This document shows, in pieces, positions 13,278 to 24,689 of a stretch of DNA of 64,000 nucleotides. Position 1 is the first letter of the stretch; the number at the start of each line of letters is the position of its first letter. The position numbers were made by a program, and so were the translations under genes. Below the pieces are notes generated by a model. It did not search any database and was not told where the DNA came from. It saw only the letters and a list, made by a program, of their open reading frames with translations. Source of the stretch: Felis catus (Eukaryota); assembly GCF_018350175.1 (NCBI RefSeq), contig NC_058368.1, positions 177,198,001 through 177,262,000 of the forward strand, given 5' to 3'.

Positions 13278-14682
13278 CTTTTTTTTTCTTTTTTTTTTTA
13301 ATATGAAATTTATTGACAAATTGGTGTCCATACAACACCCAGTGCTCATCCCAAAAGGTGCCCTCCTCAATACCCATCACCCACCCTCTCCTCCCTCCCA
13401 CCCCCCATCAACCCTCAGTTTGTTCTCAGTTTTTAACAGTCTCTTATGCTTTGGCTCTCTCCCACTCTAACCTCTTTTTTTTTTTTCCTTCCCTTCCCCC
13501 ATGGGTTCCTGTTAAGTTTCTCAGGATCCACATAAGAGTGAAACCATATGGTATCTGTCTTTCTCTGTATGGCTTTATTTCACTTAGCATCACACTCTCC
13601 AGTTCCATCCACGTTGCTACAAAAGGCCATATTTCATTTTTTCTCATTGCCACGTAGAATTCCATTTTGTATATAAACCACAATTTCTTTATCCATTCAT
13701 CAGTTGATGGACATTTAGGCTCTTTCCATAATTTGGCTATTGTTGAGAGTGCTGCTATGAACATTGGGGTACAAGTGGCCCTATGCATCAGTACTCCTGT
13801 ATCCCTTGGATAAATTCCTAGCAGTGCTATTGCTGGGTCATAGGGTAGGTCTATTTTTAATTTTCTGAGGAACCTCCACACTGCTTTCCAGAGCGGCTGC
13901 ACCAATTTGCATTCCCACCAACAGTGCAAGAGGGTTCCCGTTTCTCCACCTCCTCTCCAGCATCTATAGTCTCCTGATTTGTTCATTTTGGCCACTCTGA
14001 CTGGCGTGAGGTGATACCTGAGTGTGGTTTTGATTTGTATTTCCCTGATAAGGAGCGACGCTGAACATCTTTTCATGTGCCTGTTGGCCATCCGGATGTC
14101 TTCTTTAGAGAAGTGTCTATTCATGTTTTCTGCCCATTTCTTCACTGGGTTATTTGTTTTTCGGGTGTGGAGTTTGGTGAGCTCTTTATAGATTTTGGAT
14201 ACTAGCCCTTTGTCCGATATGTCATTTGCGAATATCTTTTCCCATTCCGTTGGTTGCCTTTTAGTTTTGTTGGTCGTTTCCTTTGCTGTGCAGAAGCTTT
14301 TTATCTTCATAAGGTCCCAGTAATTCACTTTTGCTTTTAATTCCCTTGCCTTTGGGGATGTGTCGAGTAAGAGATTGCTACGGCTGAGGTCAGAGAGGTC
14401 TTTTCCTGCTTTCTCCTCTAAGGTTTTGATGGTTTCCTGTCTCACATTTAGGTCCTTTATCCATTTTGAGTTTATTTTTGTGAATGGTGTGAGAAAGTGG
14501 TCTAGTTTCAACCTTCTGCATGTTGCTGTCCAGTTCTCCCAGCACCATTTGTTAAAGAGACTATCTTTTTTCCATTGGATGTTCTTTCCTGCTTTGTCAA
14601 AGATGAGTTGGCCATACGTTTGTGGGTCTAGTTCTGGAGTTTCTATTCTATTCCATTGGTCTATGTGTCTGTTTTTGTGCCA
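13278..14682 (-). mobile_element. Young 5'-truncated felid LINE-1 (ORF2 C-terminus, 3'UTR, polyA)
   Basis: Open ORF2 frame from [14 protein letters not shown] to [12 protein letters not shown]-rich 3'UTR; poly(T) on + strand at about 13270-13299; TSD tccagtttttttt 13265-13277 / 14683-14695. Confidence 0.95.
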
Positions 14683-14695
14683 TCCAGTTTTTTTT

Positions 14696-15411
14696 TTTCA
14701 AACTATAAACAATGCTCCAATGAATAACCTTGTGTTATTTTCATGACGTTAATTAATTACAGTGTATCTTCAGGGAAAATTCCTAGAAATGGGATTGCTG
14801 AAACAAAATGTAAACTATAGGTGTAATTTTGTTAAATATTGCCAAATTCTCCCAAGGGTTGTACACATTTGCTTTCCCATCAGACATAGGAGAGTGCCTC
14901 TTTCCTTACTGTTTCACTGACAGAATGTGTGGTCGTACTTCTAAATATTTGCCAGTGTTAGGTGAGCAATGTGTAACTTTGATTTGCATCTCTTATAATT
15001 ATGAGCAAATCCGAACATCTTTTTTTATTTAAGGGTCATTTTTGTTTCTTTTAAAAAATGCTCGTGTCTTATCCCCATTTCCTCTTAGGAGTTTGGTAAC
15101 TTTTTACCCCTCAGTCCAAAAGAAATTTTTAGGCATGTAAGTCTTTTCATCTGTGACATATATGTGCAAATATTTTTTTCCCAGTCTTTCCATTCTCTTG
15201 TTGATTTTATAGTGTTTTTAAAAAATATTGCTATGCAGGGGGCACCTGAGTGGCTCAGTTTGTTAAGCATCTGACTCTTGATTTTGGCTCAGGTCATGAT
15301 CTCACCGTTGGTGAGCTTGAGCCCCATGTCAGGCTCTGCTCTGACATTGTGGAGTCTGCTTGGGATTCTCTTTCCCTCTCTCTCTGTCCCACCCCCAAAT
15401 AAATAAACTGA

Positions 15412-15463
<52 letters not shown>

Positions 15464-15730
15464 GAAAAGAAGAAAAAAACTGCTATGCAAAAGTTAAAAA
15501 TTTTCATTGGCGAGATTTTCCTATTTTTTCTTTTATTGCATTTGGATTTTGACTCCTAGCTAATTAAATAACCTTACCCTGTACCCAGATTTTAAAGAAA
15601 TTCACAAATGTCTTTTCCAGTACTTAGGGTCTCACTCTTTGAATTTCTGATCTATTTGGAATCTATTCATGTATAATTTGTTAAGTATGGATCTAATATC
15701 TTTTTCCAAATGGTTAACAAGTTATCCCTT
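14696..15730 (-). mobile_element. Old L1M continuation (host of young L1 and a SINE)
   Basis: ctataaacaatgct...cctagaaatgggattgctg...; ORF2 3' motifs. Confidence 0.6.
15238..15479 (+). mobile_element. Can-SINE with (GAAA)n tail
   Basis: TSD tgctatgca. Confidence 0.9.
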
Positions 15731-15764
15731 CTTGTTAAAAAGATCTGGGAATACAAGGTTTGGA

Positions 15765-16442
15765 AAACACAAACTCGAAAAGATTACCTGCACTCACGTA
15801 TTCATAGTAGCATTATTTACAGTGGCCAAGACATGGAACCGACCTAATTGTTCATTCATGGATGAATGCATAAAGAAATTGTGTTATATATATTCAATGG
15901 AATATTACTCAGTTATAAAAAATGAGGAAATCCTACCATTTGTGACATATCTTGAATAGACTTTAAGTCAGACAGAGAAAGATAAATACTGTATTATTTC
16001 CCTTCTATGAGAATCTTAAAAAGCAAACAAACAGAAGCCCCCAAACTCAACAGAGAAAGAGATCAGACTTGGGTTACCAAGGCAGGATATGGGTGGTGGG
16101 AGAATTGGAGGAAAGTGGTCAAAAGGTACCAACCAACATCAGTAGGGATGTAATGTGCAACATGATAACCGTAGTGAACGCTGCTGTACAATATATAGGA
16201 ATATTGTTAAGAGAGTAAATTTTAAGAGTTCTCATCACAAGGAAAAAAATAATTTCCCCTTTATTCTTCTTTCTTTTCTTTTTACTGTAAGTATACGGAT
16301 GTTAGTTGTTGTGGTAATCATTTTACAGTATATGTAAATCAAACCATCTTGCTGTATGCCTTAAACTTAAAATTGATGTTTGTTAATTATTTCTCAGTAA
16401 CTCTCAGAAATGCCAAAAAAACCCCAAAAAACAAAAAAAAAA
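15765..16442 (+). mobile_element. L1 3' end (L1MA9/carnivore-type), sense orientation
   Basis: ORF 15669..15959 gives CTHVFIVALFTVAKTWNRPNC..MDECIKKL..YSMEYYS; L1MA-like 3'UTR; A-rich tail 16415-16442. Confidence 0.8.
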
Positions 16443-16765
16443 CCCTTTATCATTGGGGTTTAACATTTCCCCACTGATTGGTAATACGTAACGTGTTATC
16501 TTTAGCAGCGCATATAACGGTAAGGTTATTTATGTTTAAAATATGTGTGGTTTAATCTGTGGGACTAAATTACAGGCAATATGTAATGTTTAACGAAACT
16601 TGTCTGTAAAGCCTGTTGGTGGGTCCAGGCTTTGTTCCAAATGTCTGTATAGATAAATAAAGAATAAAAAAATAAGTTCCCGAGTGATTTGAGATGCCAC
16701 TTTTATCATATACTAACTGTCCATTATGTACTTGGGTCTATTTCTGGATATTCTATTCTGTTAGA

Positions 16766-16987
16766 CCAGGATTTGGCACACTGTTGCCTGCTGGCCAAAC
16801 TCAGCCTTGTTTTTGTAAATAACAGTGTTTTGGAACACAGCCACAGTCACTCATTTACATATTGTATATGGCTGCTTTTATGCTACAACAGAAGAGTTGA
16901 GTAGTTGTGACAGAGATGGTGAGTCTTGCAAAGTTTAAAATATTTACCCTTGACCCTTTACAGAAAAAAACTTGCTGACCCTCCACT
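16766..16987. mobile_element. MER58A-like hAT-Charlie MITE
   Basis: ttttgtaaataa..ttttggaacacagccac..catttacatattg..tacagaaaaaaacttgctgaccc. Confidence 0.75.
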
Positions 16988-17305
16988 GAAGTAATTATGT
17001 ATTCCTTTGCCATAGAAGTGCCTTCTTTTTAATTAGAATGGCTTATAGTAGTGTATTTTAATGTCTGTTAGGGCTGATTCCACTCCCCTCCCCCCACCCC
17101 ACCCCATCCCTTGTAGCTTTTCTTTTCCCATGTTTTTTTCCCTGAGTATTCTAACAACTTTGTTTTCATATGAACTTGAGTATCAACTTGCTTATTTCCA
17201 CAAGAACCTTTTTTGTAATTGTTGGGCATGTGTTAAACATATAAATTAGGGTAAACTGCATTCTTTATAGTGTTGAGTTGTCTTATCTAAGAACAAGTTA
17301 TGAAG

Positions 17306-17460
17306 ACAAGAATAGGGAAACTTACCAAAGAACTAGTCCACAAAAATGCATCAGACCAACATGGCTTCACGGGGGGAATTCTACTAAACCTTCAAAGGAC
17401 ATACAGACCAGAAGCTTCATAAGTTTTGTAGCATTGATTTTGAAGGAGAATGCTTAAATT
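17306..17460 (+). mobile_element. Short L1 ORF2 fragment inverted relative to flanking L1
   Basis: Reads (with one frameshift) KNASDQHGFTGEFY*TFK, similar to ORF2 KSPGPDGFTGEFYQTFK. Confidence 0.6.
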
Positions 17461-17634
17461 ATTTTTATAGAAATCATTTTTAGTTTTATTGTCTTTTGAT
17501 CAGTGACTATTATTTGATTTTTCTCCTTTTATGGAATTTACTATTTCTTTGTGATCTAAATGTGATCAATTTTCATGAAATTTTCATGTGTGCTTGAACA
17601 GTAGGTTTAGTCTCTATTAAGAGTGTAAAGTTTT

Positions 17635-17870
17635 GGGCCACCTGGGTGGCTCAGTGGGTTAAGCATCTGACTTCAGCTCAGGTCATTATCTTGTGGTTCA
17701 TGAGTTCAAACCCTGCATTGGCCTCTGTGCTGACAGCTCAGAGCCTGGAGCCTGCTTCGGATTCTGTGTCTCCCTCTCTCTCTGCCCCTTCCCTGCTCAT
17801 ACTCTGTCTCTCTCTCTCTCTCTAAAATAACATGTTAAAAATAAATAAAGAGGTGAAATTAATTTAAGAA
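17635..17870 (+). mobile_element. Can-SINE
   Basis: TSD aagagtgtaaagtt. Confidence 0.9.
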
Positions 17871-17924
17871 AAGAGTGTAAAGTTACTATCTCTGAGATCT
17901 GCCTGCTTTCTTGATTACATTTAC

Positions 17925-18361
17925 TTTTTTTATTAAAAAAATTTTTTTAATGTTTACTTATTTTTGAAGGAGAGAGAGACAGAGCATGAGTGGGGGAAGA
18001 GCAGAGAGAGAGGGAGACACAGAATCTGAAGCAGGCTGCAGGCTCTGAGCTGTCAGCACAGACCCTGATGTGGGGCTTGAACTCACAAACTGTGAGATCA
18101 TGACCTGAGCTGAAGTTGGACGCTCAACTGACTGAGCCACCTAGGCGCCCCCGCGCTTACTCTTTTTTAAAAAAGTTTATTTATTTTGAGAGAGAGAGAT
18201 AGTGGAGGAGGGGCAGAGAGATGGGGAGAGAGAGAATCCCAAGTAGGCCCACACTACTAGCGTGGAGCCCGACGTGGGGTTTGATCCCACCAAATGTGAG
18301 ATCATGACCTGAGCCAAAACTGAGTCAGACACTCAACCGACTGAGCCTCCCCGGCCTCCCC
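17925..18361 (-). mobile_element. Two tandem Can-SINEs (17925-18152, 18163-18361)
   Basis: Two consensus matches separated by ttactcttttt. Confidence 0.9.
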
Positions 18362-18691
18362 ATTTATTCTTTTGAATTTTGTTTTGTCTTGTATGTGTTT
18401 GTGTATTTTCAATCCATGTCTCTTTGCATATCTTCTACTCTTTTCATGATGTAGTTTTTTCTTTTTGAAACTTCTTTTTAAGATTAGGAAGGCTCAATTA
18501 ATTATAATTGTTCTATAATTGTTCTGTTAATTACCCTTATAATTTTTTAAAGGCCTCTAATTCTTTGTTTTTTACTTAATGTTTTATTAAGAAGTTTATC
18601 AATCTTCAGTGAAATCCTTTAACTCCCACCTACTGCCTATATAACAGAGTTTGTTCTTTGCTCTTTCTGATCCCTTCTCCTTTCAATTTTT

Positions 18692-19214
18692 TAAAAAAGT
18701 TTTGTTTATTTTGAGAGAGAGAGAGTGAGTGAGAAAGCAGGGAGGGGCAGAGAGATTAGGGGAGAGAGAATCCCAAACAGGCTCTGCACTGACAGTGAGG
18801 CTGGATTCCACAAACTCTGAGATCATGATCTGAGCCGAAATTAAGAGTCAGGACACTTAACCGACTGAGCCACCCAGGTGCCCCTCTCCTTCCAATTTTT
18901 TTTTTTTTAATGTTTATTAGTTTTTGAGAGATGGGGACAGAGATAGAGACAGGAGAGGGGCAGAGAGAGAGGGAGACAGAATCTGAAGCAGGCTCCAGGC
19001 TCTGAGCTGTCAGTGCAGAGCCCCACCCAGGGCTTGAACCTGCAGACCAGGAGATCATGACCTGAGCTGAAGTCAGCCGCTTAACCAACTGAGCCACCCA
19101 GGTACCCCTCTTCTTCCAATTTTTTTTTTTAATTTTTTTTTTTTCAACGTTTATTTATTTTTGGGACAGAGAGAGACAGAGCATGAACGGGGGAGGGGCA
19201 GAGAGAGAGGGAGA
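18692..19214 (-). mobile_element. Three tandem Can-SINEs (to 18884, to 19108, and a 5'-truncated copy to 19214)
   Basis: Each separated by the duplicated target cttccaattttt. Confidence 0.92.
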
Positions 19215-19469
19215 TTCTTCCAATTTTTAAGTTGCATTATTTTGACTTTGCCAGAATGAATGGCGTATTCTTCTACCCTTCTCCCTTTGTTTTATTCATA
19301 GGTCCATAATTAGTTGTTTTAAATGTCTACCATTAATTTTTTTGCTAAAGTTTTCTGAGTCATCTCTTGGTTTCTGAAGAAGGGCTCAGGGGTACAGAAT
19401 TCTCTGACCTGTTTACCTGTTTAAAACTCCTTTTCTATTGCCTTTGGATAGAACATCTTTGCTCTACAC

Positions 19470-19800
19470 TTTTCTTTTCTTTTCTTTTCTTTTCTTTTCT
19501 TTTCTTTTCTTTTCTTTTCTTTTCTTTTCTTTTCTTTTCTTTTCTTTTCTTTCTTTTCTTTTCTTTTCTTTTCTTTCTTTTCTTTTCTTTTCTTTTTTTA
19601 ATGTTTATTTATTTTTGAGACAGAGAGAGACAGCGCATGAACAGGGGAGGGTCAGAGAAAGGGAGACACAGAATCCGAAACAGGCTCCAGGCTCTGAGCT
19701 GTCAGCATAGAGCCTGACGCGGGGCTTGAACTCATGGACCATGAGATCATGACCTGGGCCGAAGTCAGCCACTTAACTTACTGAGCCACCCAGGCGCCCC
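19470..19800 (-). mobile_element. Can-SINE with long (TTTTC)n tail
   Basis: TSD tc(t/c)acacttt. Confidence 0.9.
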
Positions 19801-19836
19801 TCCACACTTTATTTTCTACAGTGTTTTGAAAATGTA

Positions 19837-20070
19837 GGGGCGCCTGGGTGGCACAGTCGGTTAAGCGTCCGACTTCAGCCAGGTCACGATCTCGCAGTCC
19901 GTCAGTTCGAGCCCCGCGTCAGGTCTGGGCTAATGGCTCAGAGCCTGGAGCCTGTTTCCGATTCTGTGTCTCCCTCTCTCTCTGCCCCTCCCCCGTTCAT
20001 GCTCTCTCTCTCTCTGTCCCAAAAATAAATAAAAAACGTTGAAAAAAAAATTAAAAAAAAAAAAAAAAGA
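19837..20070 (+). mobile_element. Can-SINE, young subfamily
   Basis: Consensus match; short TSD gaaaatg. Confidence 0.92.
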
Positions 20071-20310
20071 AAATGCTTCTCCACTGATGCCTTGCTTGAC
20101 ACATTGTTTTTAAGACATTTGATGCTAGTCTAATGCTCTCTCTCTTGTAAGTTTTTTTTTTTTCCCAATGAAAATTATTTTGGACTAGAGACTGTGAGAA
20201 GTTTTCTCTTTCTCTTTAAAATCTAATAATTTTCATTAGCTATCCACTAGAGTTTAATGCTGTGAACCAATTTTCTGTAGTACCTGGACACGTTTTTAAC
20301 ATGCAGTTTA

Positions 20311-20551
20311 GGGGTGCCTGGGTGGCACATTCGGTTAAGCGTCCGACTTCAGCCAGGTCACGATCTTGCGGTCCGTGAGTTCGAGCCCCGCGTCAGGCTC
20401 TGGGCTGATGGCTCAGAGCTTGGAGCCTGTTTCCGATTCTGTGTCTCGCTCTCTCTCTGCCCCTCCCCTGTTCATGCTCTGTCTCTCTCTGTCCCAAAAA
20501 TAAATAAAAAAACGTTGAAAAAAAAATTAAAAAAAAACAACAACAAAAAAA
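20311..20551 (+). mobile_element. Can-SINE, young subfamily
   Basis: TSD catgcagttta. Confidence 0.92.
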
Positions 20552-20604
20552 CCCATGCAGTTTAGGTTTCTTTTTATTTCTGATACATTTTCTTGAATTA
20601 TAGT

Positions 20605-20800
20605 ATTTTTAAAACGGCTTTATTGGGGTGTAATTCACATATCATACAATATACCCATTTGAAGTATACAATTCATTGATATTTAGTATAGTTACAGAGT
20701 TGTGCAAGCATTAACCACAGTCAACTTAGAACATTTTCATCACCCCAAAAGGAAACCCTTTTAGCTGTCACTCTCTATTCTTCTTCACTCACTGAACCCT
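20605..20800 (-). mobile_element. L1M 3'-end fragment
   Basis: ctttattggggtgtaattcacatatcatacaat...ttttcatcacccca, typical L1MB 3' terminus. Confidence 0.7.
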
Positions 20801-21789
20801 AGAACTTTATTTTGAAAAACTTGGATCATAGTTTTAAATGTTATTTTGGTTTCATTTTGTGTGTGTATATGTGTGTATGAACTCCAGTTTTGCTTGAGCT
20901 GGATTTTTTTTTTTCTTCCATTATTTCAACTAATTTTGTCCCATTTTGCTTCTTTCTTTTACTCATTTCCATTCTCTTAGGTTATTTTCCTGCTTTTCTT
21001 CAATGATTCTTACTATGTTTTTCATTTGAATTTATCACTTTGTGGCATTATAATTTACTTTTATTTGTTATAGGCTTGTTTTTCTTTTCTAAGTCATGTT
21101 TCACTTCTTTCTGCTTTTGGTGCATTTCTATTCTTGTTTTGAACTTCTGACTTAACACATGTAAAAAATAACATCAAAAACTTTTTTGAGCATATGTAAC
21201 TCAGTTTGGAGTAACTCTTTTCAATCAGATTCCATAAGAGCAGTTAAGGCATGCATGGTATATTATAAATTCACTTTTCTCATACATAACTAGAATGATA
21301 GTTACCTATATACTGTCCTTAGGAAAATTAAGAAGATAGTTACTGATATTAGGGCTTAATTATCTTGTTGAACCCCAGTTAAGAAAGGCTGATTTCTGGT
21401 ATTTTAGTTTTCTTCTTCTGTCCCCCTTCTCTCTTTCCTTCTTTCATGTGTAGGTGTTTTTCTGTTTTTGTATTGATGAAGGTTGCTGATGTCACTACAT
21501 TTTTTGGGACAGGACTGGCAGTTTGAAGTTAAATTCACAAAATTTTAGTGTAAGAACATCCTTTGCCAGTGTAACAAAGTATAGTTTCTTTACTGGATGA
21601 TCTTTTTTTGCAGGAGGGGGGATTGATAGGGAGTAGGAGATACGGTGGGGGCAAGCTTTGGATCCTTTGAATGGTTTTTAAAAATTCTTTAATGTTGCAG
21701 GATCTTAAAATCCCTCCCCTGGCATTTCTTTTTCCTCTACTCATATAGTTTCTAAAAGATGCCTAGGCTTTTCTCTTCTTTTAAAAAAA

Positions 21790-24001
21790 ATAAATAGACT
21801 TTCTTAGTGCGGTTTTAGGTTCATAGCAAAATTGAGTGGAAAGTATAGAGGGTTCTCACACATGAACAACCTCTCATGACAGTGATACTTTTACTACGAT
21901 ATGAACCTACATCATCACCCACAGTTCATAGTTCACATAGTTCACTCTTGGTGAATGAACCCTGTTGATCACTTGATGGGTTTCAACAAATGTATAATGA
22001 TACATATTCACCATTATAGTACCATATGTAATTGTTTCACTGCCTTAAAGATCTTCCTTTGCCTGTTCATCCCTCCTTTCCTCTAACCCCTGCCAGCCAC
22101 TAATCTTTTTACTGTCTCCATGGTTTTACCTTTTCCAGAATGTCATATAGTTGGAATCATACAGTATGTAACCTTTTCACATTGGCTTCTTTCACTTAGT
22201 AATGTGCATTTAATGTTCCTTTGTGTTTTTTTCATGGCTTGATAACTTATTTCTGTTTAGTGCTGAATAATATTCCATTGTTTGGATGTACATAGTTTAT
22301 CCATTTACCTACTGAAGGACCTCTTGATTGCTTCCAAGTTTTGGCAGTTATGAATAGAGTGGCTATAAAAATCTGTATGCAGGCTTTTGTACGGACATAA
22401 GTGTTTACATCCTTTGGGTAAATAACTGTGGAGTGCATTTGTGTGATCATATGGTAAAAGTATGTTTAGTTTTGAAACTGTCCAACTGTCTTCCAAAGTG
22501 GCCGTACCATTTTGCATTCCCACCAGCAGTGAATGAGGACTGTTGCTCTGCATCTTCAGCAGCATTTAGTGTTTTCATGTTTTAGATTTTGGACATTCCA
22601 ATAGGTGTATGGTAGTATCTCCTCATTTTAATTTGCAGTTTCCTGTTGACATACGATGTTGAGCATCTTTTCATTTGCTTACTGCCATTTGTATATCTTC
22701 TCTGGTGAGGTTTCTGTTCATGTCCTTTGCCCATTTTAAAAATTGGATTGTTTATTCTCTTTATTTCTTTGAGTTCTTTATATATTTTGACTAACAGTTC
22801 TTTATCAGATGTGTCTTTTGCAAATGTTTTCTCCCAGTCTGTGGCTTTTCTTTTCATTCTCTTGACAGTGTCTTTCACAGAGCAGAAGTTTTTACTTTTA
22901 ATGAAGTCCAGCTTACCAGCTATTTCTTCCATGGATTATGCTTTTGGTGCATATCTTAAAAGTCATCACCATACCCAAGATCACCTAGATTTTCCCTTAC
23001 GTTATTCCAGTCCTGTTCATTGAGAAGTCTGTCTTTGCTCCACTGTATTGTCATTAGTCCTTTGTCAAATATCAGCAGACTATATTGGTCTGTTTCTGGA
23101 CTCTGTGTTTCATTGATTTATTTGTCAGTTCTTTTACCAATACCACACTGTCTTGATTGCTGCTGTCGCTTATGATAATCCTCGAAGTTGGAAAGTACCA
23201 GTCTTCTAGCTTATTCTTCTCCTTTAATATTTTTTTGGCTGTTCTAGATCTTTTACCTCTTCATATAAACTTTTAAAATTTGTTGATATCCATAAAATAA
23301 CTTGTTGAGATTTTGATTGGGATTGCATTGAATTTTTAGATCGAATAGAGAAGAGTTGACATCTCGACAGTGTTGAGTCTTCCTATCCATGAACATGGAA
23401 TATCTATCCAATTATATAGTTCTTTGATACCTTTCACCAGAGTTTTATAGTTTTTCTCATATAGATCTTATACATATTTTGTTAAATTTAGACCTAAATA
23501 TTTAATTTTTGGAGATCCTAATATAAATAGTAATGTATTCTTCTGAAATCAGGTGAGATTGGGTGCGTTCAGGATGGTATGGCTGTAGACAAAAGTAATG
23601 TATTCTTAATTTTAAATACCACTGTTGGTGTACCTGAATGCAAATGACTTTTATGTATTAAGGTTGCATTCTCCAACCTTGTTACAATTGTGTGTTCATT
23701 TCAAGAGTTTTTTTCTTTTTTTGTTAGGTTTTATGTGTTTGGTTTTTTGTTTACATAGATGATCATGTCATCTGTGAGCAAAGACAGTTGCATTTCTTTT
23801 TTCCTCACTATGTATACCTTTTTTTCTTTTTTGGTGTCTTATTGTATTAACTACCTCCTTGAAAAATAGTGTTGAGAGGGGACATCCTTGAATTGTTCTT
23901 GATCTTAACATTGAAAACTTCAAGTATTTTAAGTATGATGTTATGTTTACTTTTTTTGTAGATTTTTTTTTTAAATCAAATTAAGGAGCTTCCTTCTATT
24001 C
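21790..24001 (-). mobile_element. Old L1M 3' UTR plus ORF2 (hosts the 5S insertion)
   Basis: ORFs 22247-22932 give ORF2 remnants (KLDFIKSKNFCSVKDTVKRMKRKATDWEK; FIATLFITAKTWKQ). Confidence 0.85.
23540..23590 (-). pseudogene. 5S rRNA 5'-fragment (about nt 1-51) retropseudogene, tailless
   Basis: Minus strand GTCTACAGCCATACCATCCTGAACGCACCCAATCTCACCTGATTTCAGAAG vs 5S GTCTACGGCCATACCACCCTGAACGCGCCCGATCTCGTCTGATCTCGGAAG; 17-bp TSD 23526-23542 / 23591-23607. Confidence 0.92.
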
Positions 24002-24587
24002 ACCTTTCCTTTTGCACTCTTTTTTTTAAAAAAGAGCCTCCCCTTGATGACTCCTTTTTTGCATCTCTGATACTTTTTTTTAAGTTGCTTATCTATAATC
24101 AACTCTGATACATTAGGACTCATTCTCATTTTTTTCATACTTAATGTGGTTTTATGTCCATCTTTGGTCTGTTGCTTGTTTCTCTCTTTTTGTCTTTTGT
24201 GTATTTTATCCTGGTCTACTCTTGCTCTCTAGGACGGCTTATGGCAGGAGAATATAGGTGTCCCAGAATTTATTTACTTTTCTACTTATGTTTTGTTCCT
24301 TCTGGTTATGCTGAGGGCTTGAGTTTCATGCAGCTTTATTCGTCCTTTTTATTCTTTGTATCCTGTGACTTTACTACCATCACATATTAGTTAGACTTGT
24401 TTTGTAGGTTTCCTAGGATTTTCTGTGTAGACATCATGCTGTCTGGTTCCTTCCTGACATTTATTTTGCCTTTTTCTTGCCTTATTGTACTGGCTATGAT
24501 TAGTGAAATTTGTATAGAATGGACATTCTACTTTTGTACTTGAGGATGGGGGAAAGTTTTCCATTTGACCATTAAGTGTGTTAGCTA

Positions 24588-24590
<3 letters not shown>

Positions 24591-24627
<37 letters not shown>

Positions 24628-24650
24628 CGCGCGCACATGCACATATACAT
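24591..24650. repeat. (GT)14(GC)8 plus ACAT alternating purine-pyrimidine tract
   Basis: Direct reading. Confidence 0.9.
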
Positions 24651-24689
24651 CTATATATTCTTTATCACATTGAGTAAGTTACCTGAGAG

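Noticed and set aside
13444..14511. 355-aa ORF as a host gene or domesticated protein
   Set aside because: L1 ORF2 C-terminus, 5'-truncated with no promoter, non-ATG start, frameshifted end.
16410..16445. gccaaaaaaaccccaaaaaac resembling mitochondrial CSB3 (NUMT)
   Set aside because: Sits at the L1 A-rich tail; adjacent sequence did not match recalled control-region sequence.
18676..19230. Repeat-spacer pattern resembling a CRISPR array
   Set aside because: Mammalian DNA; repeats are target-site duplications and the spacers are SINEs.
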